Part shown: positions 35,802-46,022 of the stretch, piece after piece
Numbering within the stretch: the stretch's first letter is position 1
How the letters are laid out: each line of letters begins with the position of its first letter
Assembly: GCA_002305795.1 (NCBI GenBank)
Contig: DBRF01000006.1
Span: forward strand, 3,409-67,408
Direction of reading: 5' to 3'
Source: Ruminococcaceae bacterium UBA1375
Lineage (GTDB): Bacteria; Bacillota; Clostridia; Oscillospirales; Ruminococcaceae
Length of the DNA: 64,000 nucleotides
Made by a program: the position numbers and the translations under genes
The notes under the pieces: model-generated
What the model saw: only the letters and a program-made list of their open reading frames with translations
Databases searched by the model: none
What the model was told of the DNA's origin: nothing

Positions 35802-37205
35802 ATGAAGAAGACAGGGAAACCTGTGTTTTTCATAGTAGCCATTATCACCATTGTGTTCACCATTCTGAGCATCACGGGGATTTCCAGCTACTATGGAGAC
35901 ATTCAATCGGTGTACATCAAAGGCGGAGACCAAATCCGCTGGGGCATCGACATCCGGGGCGGGGTGGAGGTCACCTTCGTGCCTGCCCAGGACGGCGCCG
36001 ACCCCACCAACGAAGAGCTGGACGGCGCTGCGGAAGTGATGCGCCAGCGGCTGGTGGCCCAGGGCATCAACGACTATTCGGTGTACAGCGACTACAACAG
36101 CGACCGCATCGTGGTCCAGTTCCCTTGGGCGGAGGACGAAGAAACCTTCGACCCGGAAACCGCTATTTCCGAACTGGGCGCCACCGCACAGCTTCAGTTT
36201 ATTGAAGGCACCGACACCGACGAGGAAGGCAACCCCACCGGGGAGGTCATCCTGGACGGTTCCATGGTGGACAGCGCCCAGGCGGCCTATGTGGCCACCG
36301 ACAGTCAGGGCAGCAACTACCAGTGGGTGGTGCAGCTGGACTTGAACGAGGATGGTGCGGCGGCCTTTTCCACCGCCACCAGCGAGCTGGCTTCCAGCAA
36401 CGGCCAGATCGCCATCTGGATGGACGATCAGATGATCAGCGCCCCGGCCGTGGAAGAAGCCATCACCAATGGCCAGGCCATGATTTCCGGGGACTTCGAC
36501 AGCGAAACCGCCACCACCCTGGCCAACCAGATCAACGGCGGCTCCCTGCCCTTCAGCCTGGAAACCGCCTCTTACTCCACCATCGACCCCACCATGGGGG
36601 AAGGCGCCCGTGACGCTATGATTCTGGCGGCGGTGATTGCCTTTGTGCTGATCTGCATCTTTATGCTGGCGGTGTACCGGCTCCCCGGGGTGGTGGCCGT
36701 CATCGCCCTGATGGGACAGGTGGCACTGATGATCGCCGCCTTGACCGGCTTCTTCCCGGGCATCAGCTCTTCCACCCTGACCCTGCCGGGTATCGCCGGT
36801 ATGATCCTTTCCATTGGCATGGGTGTGGACGCCAACATCATCACCGCCGAGCGGATTCGGGAAGAAATCAACGCCGGCAAGAGCATCGACGGCGCCATCC
36901 ATCTGGGCTACCACCGTGCCTTTACCGCCATTCTGGACGGCAACATCACCACCCTGATTGTGGCCATTATCCTCATGGGCACCTTCGGCGCACCGGGCAG
37001 CTTCTTCAACACCATCCTGCAGCCCATCCTGTTTATGTTCCCTGCCTCCACCGAAGGCACCATCTACTCCTTCGGCTTTACCCTGATGGTGGGCATCATC
37101 GGCAACTTCGTTTTCGGCGTGTTCGCTTCCCGGCTGATGACCCAGTCTCTGTCCCGGTTCAAGTGCTTCCGCAAACCCAAGTTCTATGGAGGTGAACGGG
37201 CATGA
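35802..37205 (+). CDS. secD: protein translocase subunit SecD
   Basis: 467 aa from ATG 35802 (SD GGAGGaatcaca; the ORF opens at 35721). It has an N-terminal TM, a periplasmic-type domain and the C-terminal 5-TM block GLTLPGIAGMILSIGMGVDANI. Confidence 0.93.
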   Translation: MKKTGKPVFFIVAIITIVFTILSITGISSYYGDIQSVYIKGGDQIRWGIDIRGGVEVTFVPAQDGADPTNEELDGAAEVMRQRLVAQGINDYSVYSDYNSDRIVVQFPWAEDEETFDPETAISELGATAQLQFIEGTDTDEEGNPTGEVILDGSMVDSAQAAYVATDSQGSNYQWVVQLDLNEDGAAAFSTATSELASSNGQIAIWMDDQMISAPAVEEAITNGQAMISGDFDSETATTLANQINGGSLPFSLETASYSTIDPTMGEGARDAMILAAVIAFVLICIFMLAVYRLPGVVAVIALMGQVALMIAALTGFFPGISSSTLTLPGIAGMILSIGMGVDANIITAERIREEINAGKSIDGAIHLGYHRAFTAILDGNITTLIVAIILMGTFGAPGSFFNTILQPILFMFPASTEGTIYSFGFTLMVGIIGNFVFGVFASRLMTQSLSRFKCFRKPKFYGGERA

Positions 37206-38179
37206 AACTGCTGCACAGAGATTTTCACATCGACTTTATGGGGAAGAAAAAAATCTTCTTCATTATCTCCGCCGCCTGCATGGTGATCATTGCCCTGTGG
37301 GGCGTGATCTTCGGGGTGGATTTGGACATCAGCTTTAAGGGCGGCACCATCTTCACCTACACCTACTCCGACGCCAATGCCGAGCTGGACCAAGGGGCTT
37401 TGGCTTCCGCCGCCCAGGAAGTGCTGGGGGAAGAGGTGGAGGTAGAGCCTAAGCAGGATTTGGCCAGCAACACCCCCACCCTGGACATCTCCATGACCAG
37501 CGCCGTCACCATGGAGGAGAGCTCCATTGACGAGCTCACCGCTGCGCTGCAGGAGGCCGCCCCGGATTTGGGGCTGGAGTACTCCACCATCACTTCCGTC
37601 AACCCCTCCATCGGCATGGACTTCTTCGGCAAGTGCCTGGTGGCGGTAGGCGTGGGCATCATCATCATGATTATCTACCTGGGCATCCGGTTCCGGCTGA
37701 TTAACGGCTGGAAGGCGGCCATCACCGCCGTGCTGGCCCTGGTTCACGACATGGTGTTTGTCTACGGCGCCTTTGTGATCTGTGGATTCCCTCTGGACAG
37801 CAACTTCATTGCGGTGATGCTGACCATTTTGGGTTACTCCGCCAACAACACCGTGATCATCTACGACCGGATCCGGGAAAATACCAAGCTGTTCGGTAAA
37901 AAGACCAGCCGTGCTCAGATCGTCAACGACTCCATCAACCAGACCCTGTCCCGTTCCATTGGCACCAGCTTCTGCACCTTGCTGGCCATGGTGGTGGTCT
38001 GCGTGGTGGCCGGTATCTTCGGGGTGATGGACATCTTCACCTTTGCCCTGCCTATGATTGTGGGTCTGCTGGCCGGTACCTACTCCTCCATCTGCATTGC
38101 CAGTGAGCTGTGGGTGGTGTGGCAGAACCGCGCTGACCGCAAGAAAAAGGCCAAGGGCAGAGTCCGGGCCAAGGCGTAA
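37202..38179 (+). CDS. secF: protein translocase subunit SecF
   Basis: 325 aa with IDFMGKKKIFFIIS and the SecF TM core. The start overlaps the secD stop (ATGA). Confidence 0.93.
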   Translation: MKLLHRDFHIDFMGKKKIFFIISAACMVIIALWGVIFGVDLDISFKGGTIFTYTYSDANAELDQGALASAAQEVLGEEVEVEPKQDLASNTPTLDISMTSAVTMEESSIDELTAALQEAAPDLGLEYSTITSVNPSIGMDFFGKCLVAVGVGIIIMIIYLGIRFRLINGWKAAITAVLALVHDMVFVYGAFVICGFPLDSNFIAVMLTILGYSANNTVIIYDRIRENTKLFGKKTSRAQIVNDSINQTLSRSIGTSFCTLLAMVVVCVVAGIFGVMDIFTFALPMIVGLLAGTYSSICIASELWVVWQNRADRKKKAKGRVRAKA

Positions 38180-38204
38180 GCCTGATCGAAAGCAAACTAA
38201 TTTA

Positions 38205-38237
38205 CTCCTCAACCGGAAACGGCTGAGGAGTTTTTTT
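38205..38237 (+). terminator. intrinsic terminator after secF
   Basis: ctcctca..ccggaaacgg..tgaggag followed by ttttttt. Confidence 0.85.
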
Positions 38238-38511
38238 GCAGGCAGGAGCTTTTTTAAAATGGGATAGAAGGGGAAAATTCATTTTATTTTGTGAAATTGC
38301 ACAAAATTTAGGGGAAAAATTCTATTTTACATAAACGTCGAATTGTAGTATAATAACTACTAAAAACAGTCATTACGGTTCCCCTCTTGACCGGCCTAAT
38401 GTCCGGCCGTCCATTTTGCTTCGCAAAAACCGAGGGAAACCCAATGGATGTTTCAAGGTATAAAGTTGAAAAATAGTTGGCCCGTGGCCGGCCGGAAAGG
38501 ACGTAACCCCC

Positions 38512-39369
38512 ATGACCAAGGCAAAATCCAAAACCAAAAGAATCCTCCTCCTGGTGGTTGCCGCTCTGGCGGCAGCGGCGCTGATTGGGGTTGGCCTGTA
38601 CCTTTTCCTGCCGGGGTCCTGGCGCTCCCTGGATTCCTTCTCCCAGTATGAAGGTCTGTTGGATGCACCCCTGACGGAAATCACCATCAGCCGGGGCATG
38701 GAGGAAATCACCTTTTCCGACGAGGATCTGTTAAGGCAGTGGGAAGAGGGGCTGGGGCAGCTTCAGCTGAAAAAGGAAGAGGTGGTGTGGTACAAGATCT
38801 TCCCCGTTGCGGTGTCCGGCACCCAGAATCACATCACCCTGCGCACCGAGACCGGGGAGTACACCCTGGTCACCACTTATTCGGTGCCGGACCCCAAGGT
38901 GTACCTGTCGGTGTTCCGCTATGGGGTCAACGACCCGGACTGCCTGCCCATCGAAAGCACCTTTGCCCAGGCCGCCCAGCGGCAGGGGGAATCTTCCTAC
39001 TTTTCCAGCGGCACCTGGCTGCGGCTGAGAGCCGTTTCGGGGTACCGGGCCATGTTTTCCGCCCCCTGGACTGCCGTCACGGTGTCCGACGGCGCCGGGG
39101 GAACCGTCTCTTCCTCTGAGGATGCCCTTTCGGCTTGGCGGGACTACCTGGACCAGCTTTTGGTGTGGGAGTTGTGGTGGTACGACACCGCGGCCCAGTC
39201 ACAGATTCCGGACGGAACCCTGTATGAACTCACGGTGCAGACCCAAGAGGGAAGCTATTCCCTGTCCCTGCGGCAGATCGGGGCGGGGGAGTATTGGCTG
39301 GAAACTGCCGAGGCGACGTACGCCATCCGCAGCGATGGGGAGTGCCCCTTGGAAGGGATGGGGGGCTGA
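38512..39369 (+). CDS. membrane-anchored protein of unknown function (two internal repeats; paralogue of 39442..40110)
   Basis: 285 aa with an N-terminal TM (RILLLVVAALAAAALIGVGLYLFL). It shares YEGLLDAPLTEITI, TFSDEDLL, GLGQLQL, TETGEYTL and ESTFAQAAQRQG with the next gene. The second half repeats the pattern (TVSDGAGG..SSEDALSAWRDYLDQLLVWE..TQEGSYSL). Confidence 0.7.
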   Translation: MTKAKSKTKRILLLVVAALAAAALIGVGLYLFLPGSWRSLDSFSQYEGLLDAPLTEITISRGMEEITFSDEDLLRQWEEGLGQLQLKKEEVVWYKIFPVAVSGTQNHITLRTETGEYTLVTTYSVPDPKVYLSVFRYGVNDPDCLPIESTFAQAAQRQGESSYFSSGTWLRLRAVSGYRAMFSAPWTAVTVSDGAGGTVSSSEDALSAWRDYLDQLLVWELWWYDTAAQSQIPDGTLYELTVQTQEGSYSLSLRQIGAGEYWLETAEATYAIRSDGECPLEGMGG

Positions 39370-39441
39370 ACCGGGAAGCGGTGAGAACCAAAAGTCCGGC
39401 TCACCCCAAAAGATGATTAAAACGAAAGGAGACTGCCAACC

Positions 39442-40110
39442 ATGAAAAAAGCGAAAAAGCGCATCTCCCTCCTGCTTTTGACTGCTGCTGCGACGGTGGT
39501 GCTGGCGGGATGTTCAGCGTCTGAGGAATCCGCCCAGACCTCCTCTTCCCCGGAGGCGTCCCCGTCCTCTCAGATTTCTTCTTCGTCTCAGACTTCCGCT
39601 TCGTCTCAGACTTCTTCCACGACTTCGCAGCTGGAACCTCTTTCCCAGGAGTGGAAAAGCATCAATGAGGTAGGGGAGTACCAGGGAATGCTGGATTCCC
39701 CCATCACAGAAATCACCCTGTACGGTCAGGCCGGTAATCCTTACGCTCAAGTCACCTTTTCCGATACGGATTTGCTCCAGATTTGGAACCACTATCTGAC
39801 TGGATTGCAGTTGCAGGAATACTACCGGTATTCCCAGGAGGACCAGAACCAGCTGGTGGGAAGTCTCCCGCCCACGGTGACGGTGACTACCGAAACCGGG
39901 GAGTACACCCTGTATTTCACCCTGGGGATCACGGAAATCATCCACACTGAAGTGCAGGGGGAAGAAACCCTGGAAAGCCGGCAGTGGGAGGACGGAAACT
40001 ACCGTCTGCAAAGCCAGGGGCTGATCTACACCCTTTCCGATCCGGAAAACTTTCCCTTTGAGACAACCTATGAGACCGCCGCCCAGCGGCACGGGACCAC
40101 CGGACCGTAA
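39442..40110 (+). CDS. lipoprotein of unknown function (paralogue of 38512..39369)
   Basis: 222 aa with lipobox LLTAAATVVLAGC|S and a Ser-rich linker. It then has YQGMLDSPITEITL, TFSDTDLL, LTGLQLQ, TETGEYTL and ETTYETAAQRHG. Confidence 0.7.
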   Translation: MKKAKKRISLLLLTAAATVVLAGCSASEESAQTSSSPEASPSSQISSSSQTSASSQTSSTTSQLEPLSQEWKSINEVGEYQGMLDSPITEITLYGQAGNPYAQVTFSDTDLLQIWNHYLTGLQLQEYYRYSQEDQNQLVGSLPPTVTVTTETGEYTLYFTLGITEIIHTEVQGEETLESRQWEDGNYRLQSQGLIYTLSDPENFPFETTYETAAQRHGTTGP

Positions 40111-40219
40111 GAAGAATGATTTTCCAAAATCTTACCCAAATCCCGCAATTTCCCCTTGCATTTTGCCGCCGGGTGTGCTACAATACCGTAGGTTACCATA
40201 AAAACAGGGAGGCAACTTC

Positions 40220-40471
40220 ATGTCAGTCATCGAAATCATCAGCGGCATTTTGCTGCTGGTATCCTGCGTGGTCATTATTTTCACGATTATGCTTCAGGAA
40301 AGCAAGCAGGCAAACGGCCTGAGTGCTTTGGATGGCGGCGCTTCCGAAACCTATGTCAGCCGTTATGGCGCAAAGACCAAGGAAAAATTCTACGCAAAGC
40401 TCACCAAGATTTTGGCTGTGATCTTTTTTGTGGTCAGCCTGATTGTGGACCTGGTGATCAAATTTTTCTAA
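40220..40471 (+). CDS. secG: preprotein translocase subunit SecG
   Basis: 83 aa with two TM segments and the typical QESKQANGLSALDGG loop. Confidence 0.85.
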   Translation: MSVIEIISGILLLVSCVVIIFTIMLQESKQANGLSALDGGASETYVSRYGAKTKEKFYAKLTKILAVIFFVVSLIVDLVIKFF

Positions 40472-40511
40472 GGTTGGGTTTCCCAGCGTCCGGCATTACA
40501 GCAGCAAGCAG

Positions 40512-40550
40512 ATCCCTGCCTGGAACTTTTTTCCGGCAGGGATTTTCTTT
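40512..40550 (+). terminator. intrinsic terminator after secG
   Basis: atccctgcc / ggcagggat stem followed by tttctttgggttt. Confidence 0.7.
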
Positions 40551-40596
40551 GGGTTTCTCACAAAATGAAATGAGACAGAATTGCATTTGAAAGGGA

Positions 40597-42735
40597 ATGA
40601 GTATGGAACAACAACAGGAATATTGGCGGGAGAAGGTCGTCCGGTACCTGAAAAACCGCAAAGAGGGAGCCGCTTACCGGGAACTGTTCTTTAAGTGCGG
40701 TGGCAAGGACAAGGATAGAACCGCCTTTTCCACCGCCCTGGACGGTTTGGTGCGGGAAGGCGTAATTTACGAGCGCAACGCCCGGTTTTTCGACCCGGCG
40801 GCCATCGGGATGTTTACCGCCACGGTGGTGAAGGTGAACCGCACCTTCGGCTTCGTCCGGGAGACGTTGGAGGACGGCACCACCCAGGACTACTTCGTCC
40901 CCGGCCGCTTTTTCTTAGGGGCACTGCCGGGGGACACGGTGCTTTGCCGGAAACTCCCCGGCCGTGGGGAATCCCCGGAAGGGCAGATTGACCGAATTCT
41001 GGCTCAGGGCAGCAGTGAGTTCACCGGCGCCCTGATCCGCAAAGACGGAAGGTGGTTTATCCACCCGGACAAGCTGATGAAGGACGACCTGCCCATGGCC
41101 AACGTCCAGGTGCAGGGCTACCATGAGGGGGACAAGGTGCTGGCCCGGATCACCCACCGGGGCCACCGGCACAGCGAACACCGGGCGGAGATTGTGGCTG
41201 GCTTCGGCAGCGCCGACACCGCCAAGGCCTGCGCCGACAGCCTGCTGGCTTTGCAGGGCATTGAAAAAACCTTCTCACCCCAGGTGTCTGCCCAGGCACA
41301 GGCCATTTCCCAGCGGGGCATTCAGCCGGAAGATCTGGAAGGCCGGGCGGATCTGCGGGAAGAGGTCATCTTCACCATCGACGGGGCGGACTCCTTGGAT
41401 TTGGACGACGCCGTCAGTCTCCATCCTCTCCAAGAGGGGGGCTGGCAGCTGGGGGTACACATCGCCGATGTGTCCCACTATGTCACTCCCGGCACCGTCT
41501 TGGACAACGAAGCCTTCCATCGGGGCACCAGCATCTACTACGCCGACCAGGTGATTCCCATGCTGCCCAAAGAGCTGAGCAACGGCATCTGCTCTTTGAA
41601 CCCCGGGGAGGACCGGCTGGCCTTTTCCGCTATCCTGACCTTGGATGAGCATGGAGAGCTCACCGACTACTTCTTCCAAAAGTCGGTGATCCGCAGCCGG
41701 GTCAAGGGGGTGTACAGCGAGGTCAACGACATCCTGGAAAACACCGCTTCCCCGGAAATTTTGGAGAAGTACAAGGACGTGATCCCCACTCTGGAGATGA
41801 TGCACCAGGTGGCGAAGCTGCGGGAAAAGATCAAGCGCCGCCGGGGGGCCCCGGAAATCGAGACCCACGAAGGCAAGCTGATTCTGGACGAAAACGGCAA
41901 GTGCGTGGACGTGAAGCTGTACCAAACCGGCATCAGCCAGGGAATGATCGAGGAATTTATGCTTCTGGCCAACGAGGCCTGCGCCGCCACCGGCCGGAAG
42001 CTGGAATTGCCCTTTGTGTACCGCATCCACCAGCCCCCCACGGCGGATAAGCTGGAGGATTTGAACATGGTGCTGAAATCCTTGCAGGTGCCGGGGCACA
42101 ACCTGAAGCCGGGAGTGCCTCCGGGAGCCCTGGCGGAGATTCTCCGCAGCGTCAAGGATAAGCCGGTGTTCCCCATTGTGAACATCCAGCTGCTGAGGAG
42201 TATGTCCAAGGCCTGCTACGACACCAATCCCGTGGGCCACTACGGCTTGGCGCTGAAGGACTACGCCCACTTCACCTCCCCCATCCGCCGGTACCCGGAT
42301 TTGGCGGTGCACCGGATTCTTTCCAAGGCACTGGCAGGGGAGGACCGCCACCACCTGCGGGACGAGTTTTACACCTTCACCCAGCAGGCCGCTTCCCACT
42401 CCTCGGCGGCGGAAGTCACCGCCATGCGGCTGGAACGGGACTGCGACGACTTTTACAAGGCGGAGTATATGACCGGCCATCTGGGGGAAACCTTTGACGG
42501 CATTATCTCCGGCGCCGCCCCCTACGGCATCTATGTGGAACTGCCCAACACCGTGGAAGGACTGGTGCGGGTGGAGGATTTGATCCCGGAAGGGGAATAC
42601 CGCTACGACGGTATGTTCACCTACACCGAGGTTCACGGCCGGGGCCAGTACCGGGTGGGAGACCCCATCCGGGTGCAGTGCGCCAAGGCCGAGGTCAGCA
42701 GCGGGAACGTGGACTTTAAGCCGGTGAAGAAGTAA
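40597..42735 (+). CDS. rnr: ribonuclease R
   Basis: 712 aa with cold-shock/OB N-terminal domains, an RNB catalytic domain (IDGADSLDLDDA, YYADQVIPMLP, HFTSPIRRYPDL) and a C-terminal S1 domain. Confidence 0.93.
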   Translation: MSMEQQQEYWREKVVRYLKNRKEGAAYRELFFKCGGKDKDRTAFSTALDGLVREGVIYERNARFFDPAAIGMFTATVVKVNRTFGFVRETLEDGTTQDYFVPGRFFLGALPGDTVLCRKLPGRGESPEGQIDRILAQGSSEFTGALIRKDGRWFIHPDKLMKDDLPMANVQVQGYHEGDKVLARITHRGHRHSEHRAEIVAGFGSADTAKACADSLLALQGIEKTFSPQVSAQAQAISQRGIQPEDLEGRADLREEVIFTIDGADSLDLDDAVSLHPLQEGGWQLGVHIADVSHYVTPGTVLDNEAFHRGTSIYYADQVIPMLPKELSNGICSLNPGEDRLAFSAILTLDEHGELTDYFFQKSVIRSRVKGVYSEVNDILENTASPEILEKYKDVIPTLEMMHQVAKLREKIKRRRGAPEIETHEGKLILDENGKCVDVKLYQTGISQGMIEEFMLLANEACAATGRKLELPFVYRIHQPPTADKLEDLNMVLKSLQVPGHNLKPGVPPGALAEILRSVKDKPVFPIVNIQLLRSMSKACYDTNPVGHYGLALKDYAHFTSPIRRYPDLAVHRILSKALAGEDRHHLRDEFYTFTQQAASHSSAAEVTAMRLERDCDDFYKAEYMTGHLGETFDGIISGAAPYGIYVELPNTVEGLVRVEDLIPEGEYRYDGMFTYTEVHGRGQYRVGDPIRVQCAKAEVSSGNVDFKPVKK

Positions 42736-42858
42736 GGGCGCCGCCCTCCCTTTCCCGGCACAAGGATATCCCCCGGAGTCTTGAAGCCTTTCCGCTTCGT
42801 AGATTCCGGGGGTTTTTATACTTATCGTAATTAAAATTTCCACAAGGAGATGGAAAAC

Positions 42859-44208
42859 ATGAGCCAAAAAAGCCTCACCCAAGGCCCGGTGATGAAGACC
42901 ATGCTGTTGTTTGCCCTGCCCTTGGTGCTGGGGGATTTGCTGCAGCAGTGCTACAACATTGCCGACACCCTGGTGGTGAGCCGGGCCATCGGCCCCGACG
43001 CCCTGGCTGCTGTGGGCAGCGCCTTCACCCTGATGACCTTTCTCACCTCCATTTTGCTGGGGCTGTGTTTGGGCAGCGGGGCGGTGTTTTCCATGCGGTT
43101 CGGGGAGCAGGACTTTTCCGGCCTGCGCCGGGCGGTGACCTCCTCCTTCGTCCTCATCGGGGCCTTGGCTCTGGGACTGACGGCGCTGGTGTTCGGGGGG
43201 ATGGAGGTGATCCTCTGGATCATGCAGGTGCCGGATTCCCTCACCGGCATGATGAAGGACTACCTGTACGCCATTTTCTGGGGCATCCCCGCCACCTTCC
43301 TTTACAACTACGCCGCTTCCCTGCTCCGGGGGGTGGGCAATTCGGTGGTGCCCCTGGTGTTTCTGGCCTTTTCGGCGGTGTTAAATGTGGCTTTGGACTT
43401 GTGGTTTGTGCTGGGCTTTGGCTGGGGCATTGCCGGGGCGGCCTGGGCCACGGTGATTTCCCAGTACCTTTCCGGGCTGGGGCTTTGTGGGTACACCCTT
43501 TGGAAGTACCCCTGGCTGCTGCCCAGAGGGGAGGAGCGCCGGGTCACCCAAAAGGGCATCCGGGAGATTGCCGGGTACTCCCTGCTCACCTGCGTCCAGC
43601 AGTCGGTGATGAACTTCGGCATTTTGATGGTCCAGGGGCTGGTGAACAGCTTCGGCCCCACGGTGATGGCGGCCTTTGCGGCGGCGGTGAAGATCGACGC
43701 CTTCGCTTACCTGCCGGTGCAGGATTTCGGCAACGCCTTTTCCACCTTTGCCGCCCAGAACTACGGGGCGGGGCAGACCCGCCGGCTGAAGCAGGGTTTT
43801 CGTGGAGCGGTGCTGGCTTCCCTGGGGTTTGGGCTTCTCACCTCTGTTTTGGTGTGGGTGTTTGCCGGACCGTTGATGGGCCTGTTTGTGGACCCGGCCC
43901 AAATCGAAATCGTGGCCCAGGGAGTGGACTACCTGCGCATTGAAGGGGCCTTTTACTGGGGCATCGGCTGGCTGTTTTTGTGGTACGGGCTGTACCGTGG
44001 GGTAGGCAAGCCGGGGATGTCGGTGGTGTTGACGGTGATTTCCCTGGGCAGCCGGGTGGCGCTGGCCTACGCCCTCTGCCCGGATTGGCTGCTGGGGGTT
44101 TCCGGTATCTGGTGGGCGGTGCCCATCGGCTGGTTTCTGGCGGACGCCGTGGGGCTGGCGTATTATTGGAGGAAGCGCAAAGGGTTGTTTGTGCGCACGG
44201 CGGGGTGA
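42859..44208 (+). CDS. MATE family efflux transporter
   Basis: 449 aa from ATG 42859 (SD AAGGAG at 42845-42850; the alternative ATG 42850 has no spacer). It has 12 TM segments and LPLVLGDLLQQCYNIADTLVVSRAIG. Confidence 0.88.
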   Translation: MSQKSLTQGPVMKTMLLFALPLVLGDLLQQCYNIADTLVVSRAIGPDALAAVGSAFTLMTFLTSILLGLCLGSGAVFSMRFGEQDFSGLRRAVTSSFVLIGALALGLTALVFGGMEVILWIMQVPDSLTGMMKDYLYAIFWGIPATFLYNYAASLLRGVGNSVVPLVFLAFSAVLNVALDLWFVLGFGWGIAGAAWATVISQYLSGLGLCGYTLWKYPWLLPRGEERRVTQKGIREIAGYSLLTCVQQSVMNFGILMVQGLVNSFGPTVMAAFAAAVKIDAFAYLPVQDFGNAFSTFAAQNYGAGQTRRLKQGFRGAVLASLGFGLLTSVLVWVFAGPLMGLFVDPAQIEIVAQGVDYLRIEGAFYWGIGWLFLWYGLYRGVGKPGMSVVLTVISLGSRVALAYALCPDWLLGVSGIWWAVPIGWFLADAVGLAYYWRKRKGLFVRTAG

Positions 44209-44453
44209 AAGAGCCGGGAAGATGGGAGCGGCTCGTTTGGGCTTTTCTCGTCTTTCCGGTTGCCTTTTCCTACTTTTTGTTGTATAATAACTCTGTTGTA
44301 TTGCCCAATCCTCCATTTCTCTCTGCCGCCTGGACAGCACAGGCGGCCATGTTGCGGATTGGGGAGAACCTCAGGGAATGGAACCCCATGAATTAGAACA
44401 CTTGCGGGCGGATGGCTGCCCGGTACTTCCATTTGGGAAAAAGGAGCATGACC

Positions 44454-45347
44454 ATGGAACCCACAGGATTCAAAACCGCCTTGTTCGGCTTTCACAAAGC
44501 CGACGTACTGCAGTTTATTGCCGATTCCAACCGGGAATACCAGCAGCAGCTGGAAGAAGAACAGCAGCAGACTCAGGCGGTGCAAACACAGCTGGAGCAG
44601 GCCAAAAAGCAGCTGGAAGAAGCACGCCGGCAGCTGGCCCGTCAGCAGGAACGGGCGGACAAAATGGACGGGCTGATCAAACAGCAAAACGCCGACAACG
44701 AGCGCTTAAAGCAGTCCGGCATTGCCATGGAAAAGTCCATGCTGGAGCTGCGCAACGAGAACAGCCGCCTGACCAGCCAGGTGGCGGAGCAGAAAAAGAA
44801 GTCCCAGGCGCTGGAAAAGGCGGGGTACGACGCCAACACCCTGCTGGAAGAAGCCAAAAAGCGGGCGGACCACCTGGTCAGCCAGGCCAAGGAGCAGGCG
44901 GCTCAGGTTTTGGAACAGGCCAAGGAGCAGGCCCAGCAGGGCCTCACCGCCGCCAAGGAAAAGGCCGCTCAGCTGGAAGAGCAGGGAAGGCAGGCCGCTC
45001 AGAAACTCCAGGAAGAAGCTATGCAGAAGGCCGCTCAGGTGAGCCAGCAGCTGCTGGAGCAGCAGGAACAGCAGGCCACCGGCCAGATTATCCAGGACGC
45101 CCAGCAGGAGGTCCAGCGGATTTTAAGCGGGGTGCAGTCCCGCTCCGCCCAGGCCAACCGCCGGTTTGACGCCTTTTACCAGGAGATGGAGCAGTCCATT
45201 ACCAAGGTCATGGGGCAGTTGGAGGAGATGGAGCAGCGGATGCGCTCCCTGGACCAGACCATGGCCAAGGCGGAACAGCCCAAAGAAACTTCGGATGCTT
45301 CCCAGGAGGAGGACAGCTTAAACCGTTTCCTCTCCCACCTGTTTTAA
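44454..45347 (+). CDS. coiled-coil protein with DivIVA-like N-terminal motif
   Basis: 297 aa from ATG 44454 (SD aAAGGAGcatgacc). FKTALFGFHKADVLQFIAD resembles the F..a.rGY..eeVd.Fl motif of DivIVA-domain proteins. The rest is Q/E/A/K-rich coiled coil. Confidence 0.6.
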   Translation: MEPTGFKTALFGFHKADVLQFIADSNREYQQQLEEEQQQTQAVQTQLEQAKKQLEEARRQLARQQERADKMDGLIKQQNADNERLKQSGIAMEKSMLELRNENSRLTSQVAEQKKKSQALEKAGYDANTLLEEAKKRADHLVSQAKEQAAQVLEQAKEQAQQGLTAAKEKAAQLEEQGRQAAQKLQEEAMQKAAQVSQQLLEQQEQQATGQIIQDAQQEVQRILSGVQSRSAQANRRFDAFYQEMEQSITKVMGQLEEMEQRMRSLDQTMAKAEQPKETSDASQEEDSLNRFLSHLF

Positions 45348-45381
45348 GTGATTTTTTACCTCGAAAGGAGCCGACCACATC

Positions 45382-45954
45382 GTGGCAACCTATCATCTCA
45401 CCACCCGGCAGCTGCCGGAATTTGCACCCAAACTTCGCATTTTGGACCGGGTGTTTTTGTCCGGCACGGTATACACCTCCCGGGACGCCGCCCACAAGCG
45501 GATCTTCGCCCTGTTGGAGGAGGGAAAGGAACCGCCTTTTCCATTAAAGGGCAGCGTGGTGTACTACGCCGGTCCCACCCCGGAACCGGAAGGGCTGCCC
45601 ATCGGTTCCTGCGGCCCCACCACCTCCGGCCGGATGGACCCCTACGCCCCCAAGCTGCTGGACCTTGGGATGTGCGCCATGGTGGGTAAAGGGGAACGTG
45701 CCCAGCCGGTGAAGGATGCCATTGTCCGCAACGGCGGGGTGTACTTCTGCGCCATCGGGGGCGCCGGTGCGCTGGCCTGCCGGTGCATCAAGAGCTGCGA
45801 AGTGATTGCTTTTGAGGACTTGGGCTGCGAGTCAGTGAAAAAGCTGGAGTTTGAGGAGTTTCCCCTGATTGTGGCCATCGACGCCGCCGGGGGGGACATC
45901 TTTGAGCAAGGGCCTAAGGCGTATTTGGAGCAGAAAAAGGCTGGCGGGGCGTGA
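45382..45954 (+). CDS. Fe-S hydro-lyase beta subunit (class I fumarate hydratase / L(+)-tartrate dehydratase beta type)
   Basis: 190 aa with a GTG start. Motifs: LSGTVYTSRDAAHKRI, GPTTSGRMDPYAPKLL and MVGKGERA. Confidence 0.85.
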   Translation: MATYHLTTRQLPEFAPKLRILDRVFLSGTVYTSRDAAHKRIFALLEEGKEPPFPLKGSVVYYAGPTPEPEGLPIGSCGPTTSGRMDPYAPKLLDLGMCAMVGKGERAQPVKDAIVRNGGVYFCAIGGAGALACRCIKSCEVIAFEDLGCESVKKLEFEEFPLIVAIDAAGGDIFEQGPKAYLEQKKAGGA

Positions 45955-46022
45955 ACAAGCTCACTGCTGCTGTTTTGAAATCGCATCTGGAAAGGAAAAA
46001 GGACGCTGGGAGGCGTCCTTTT

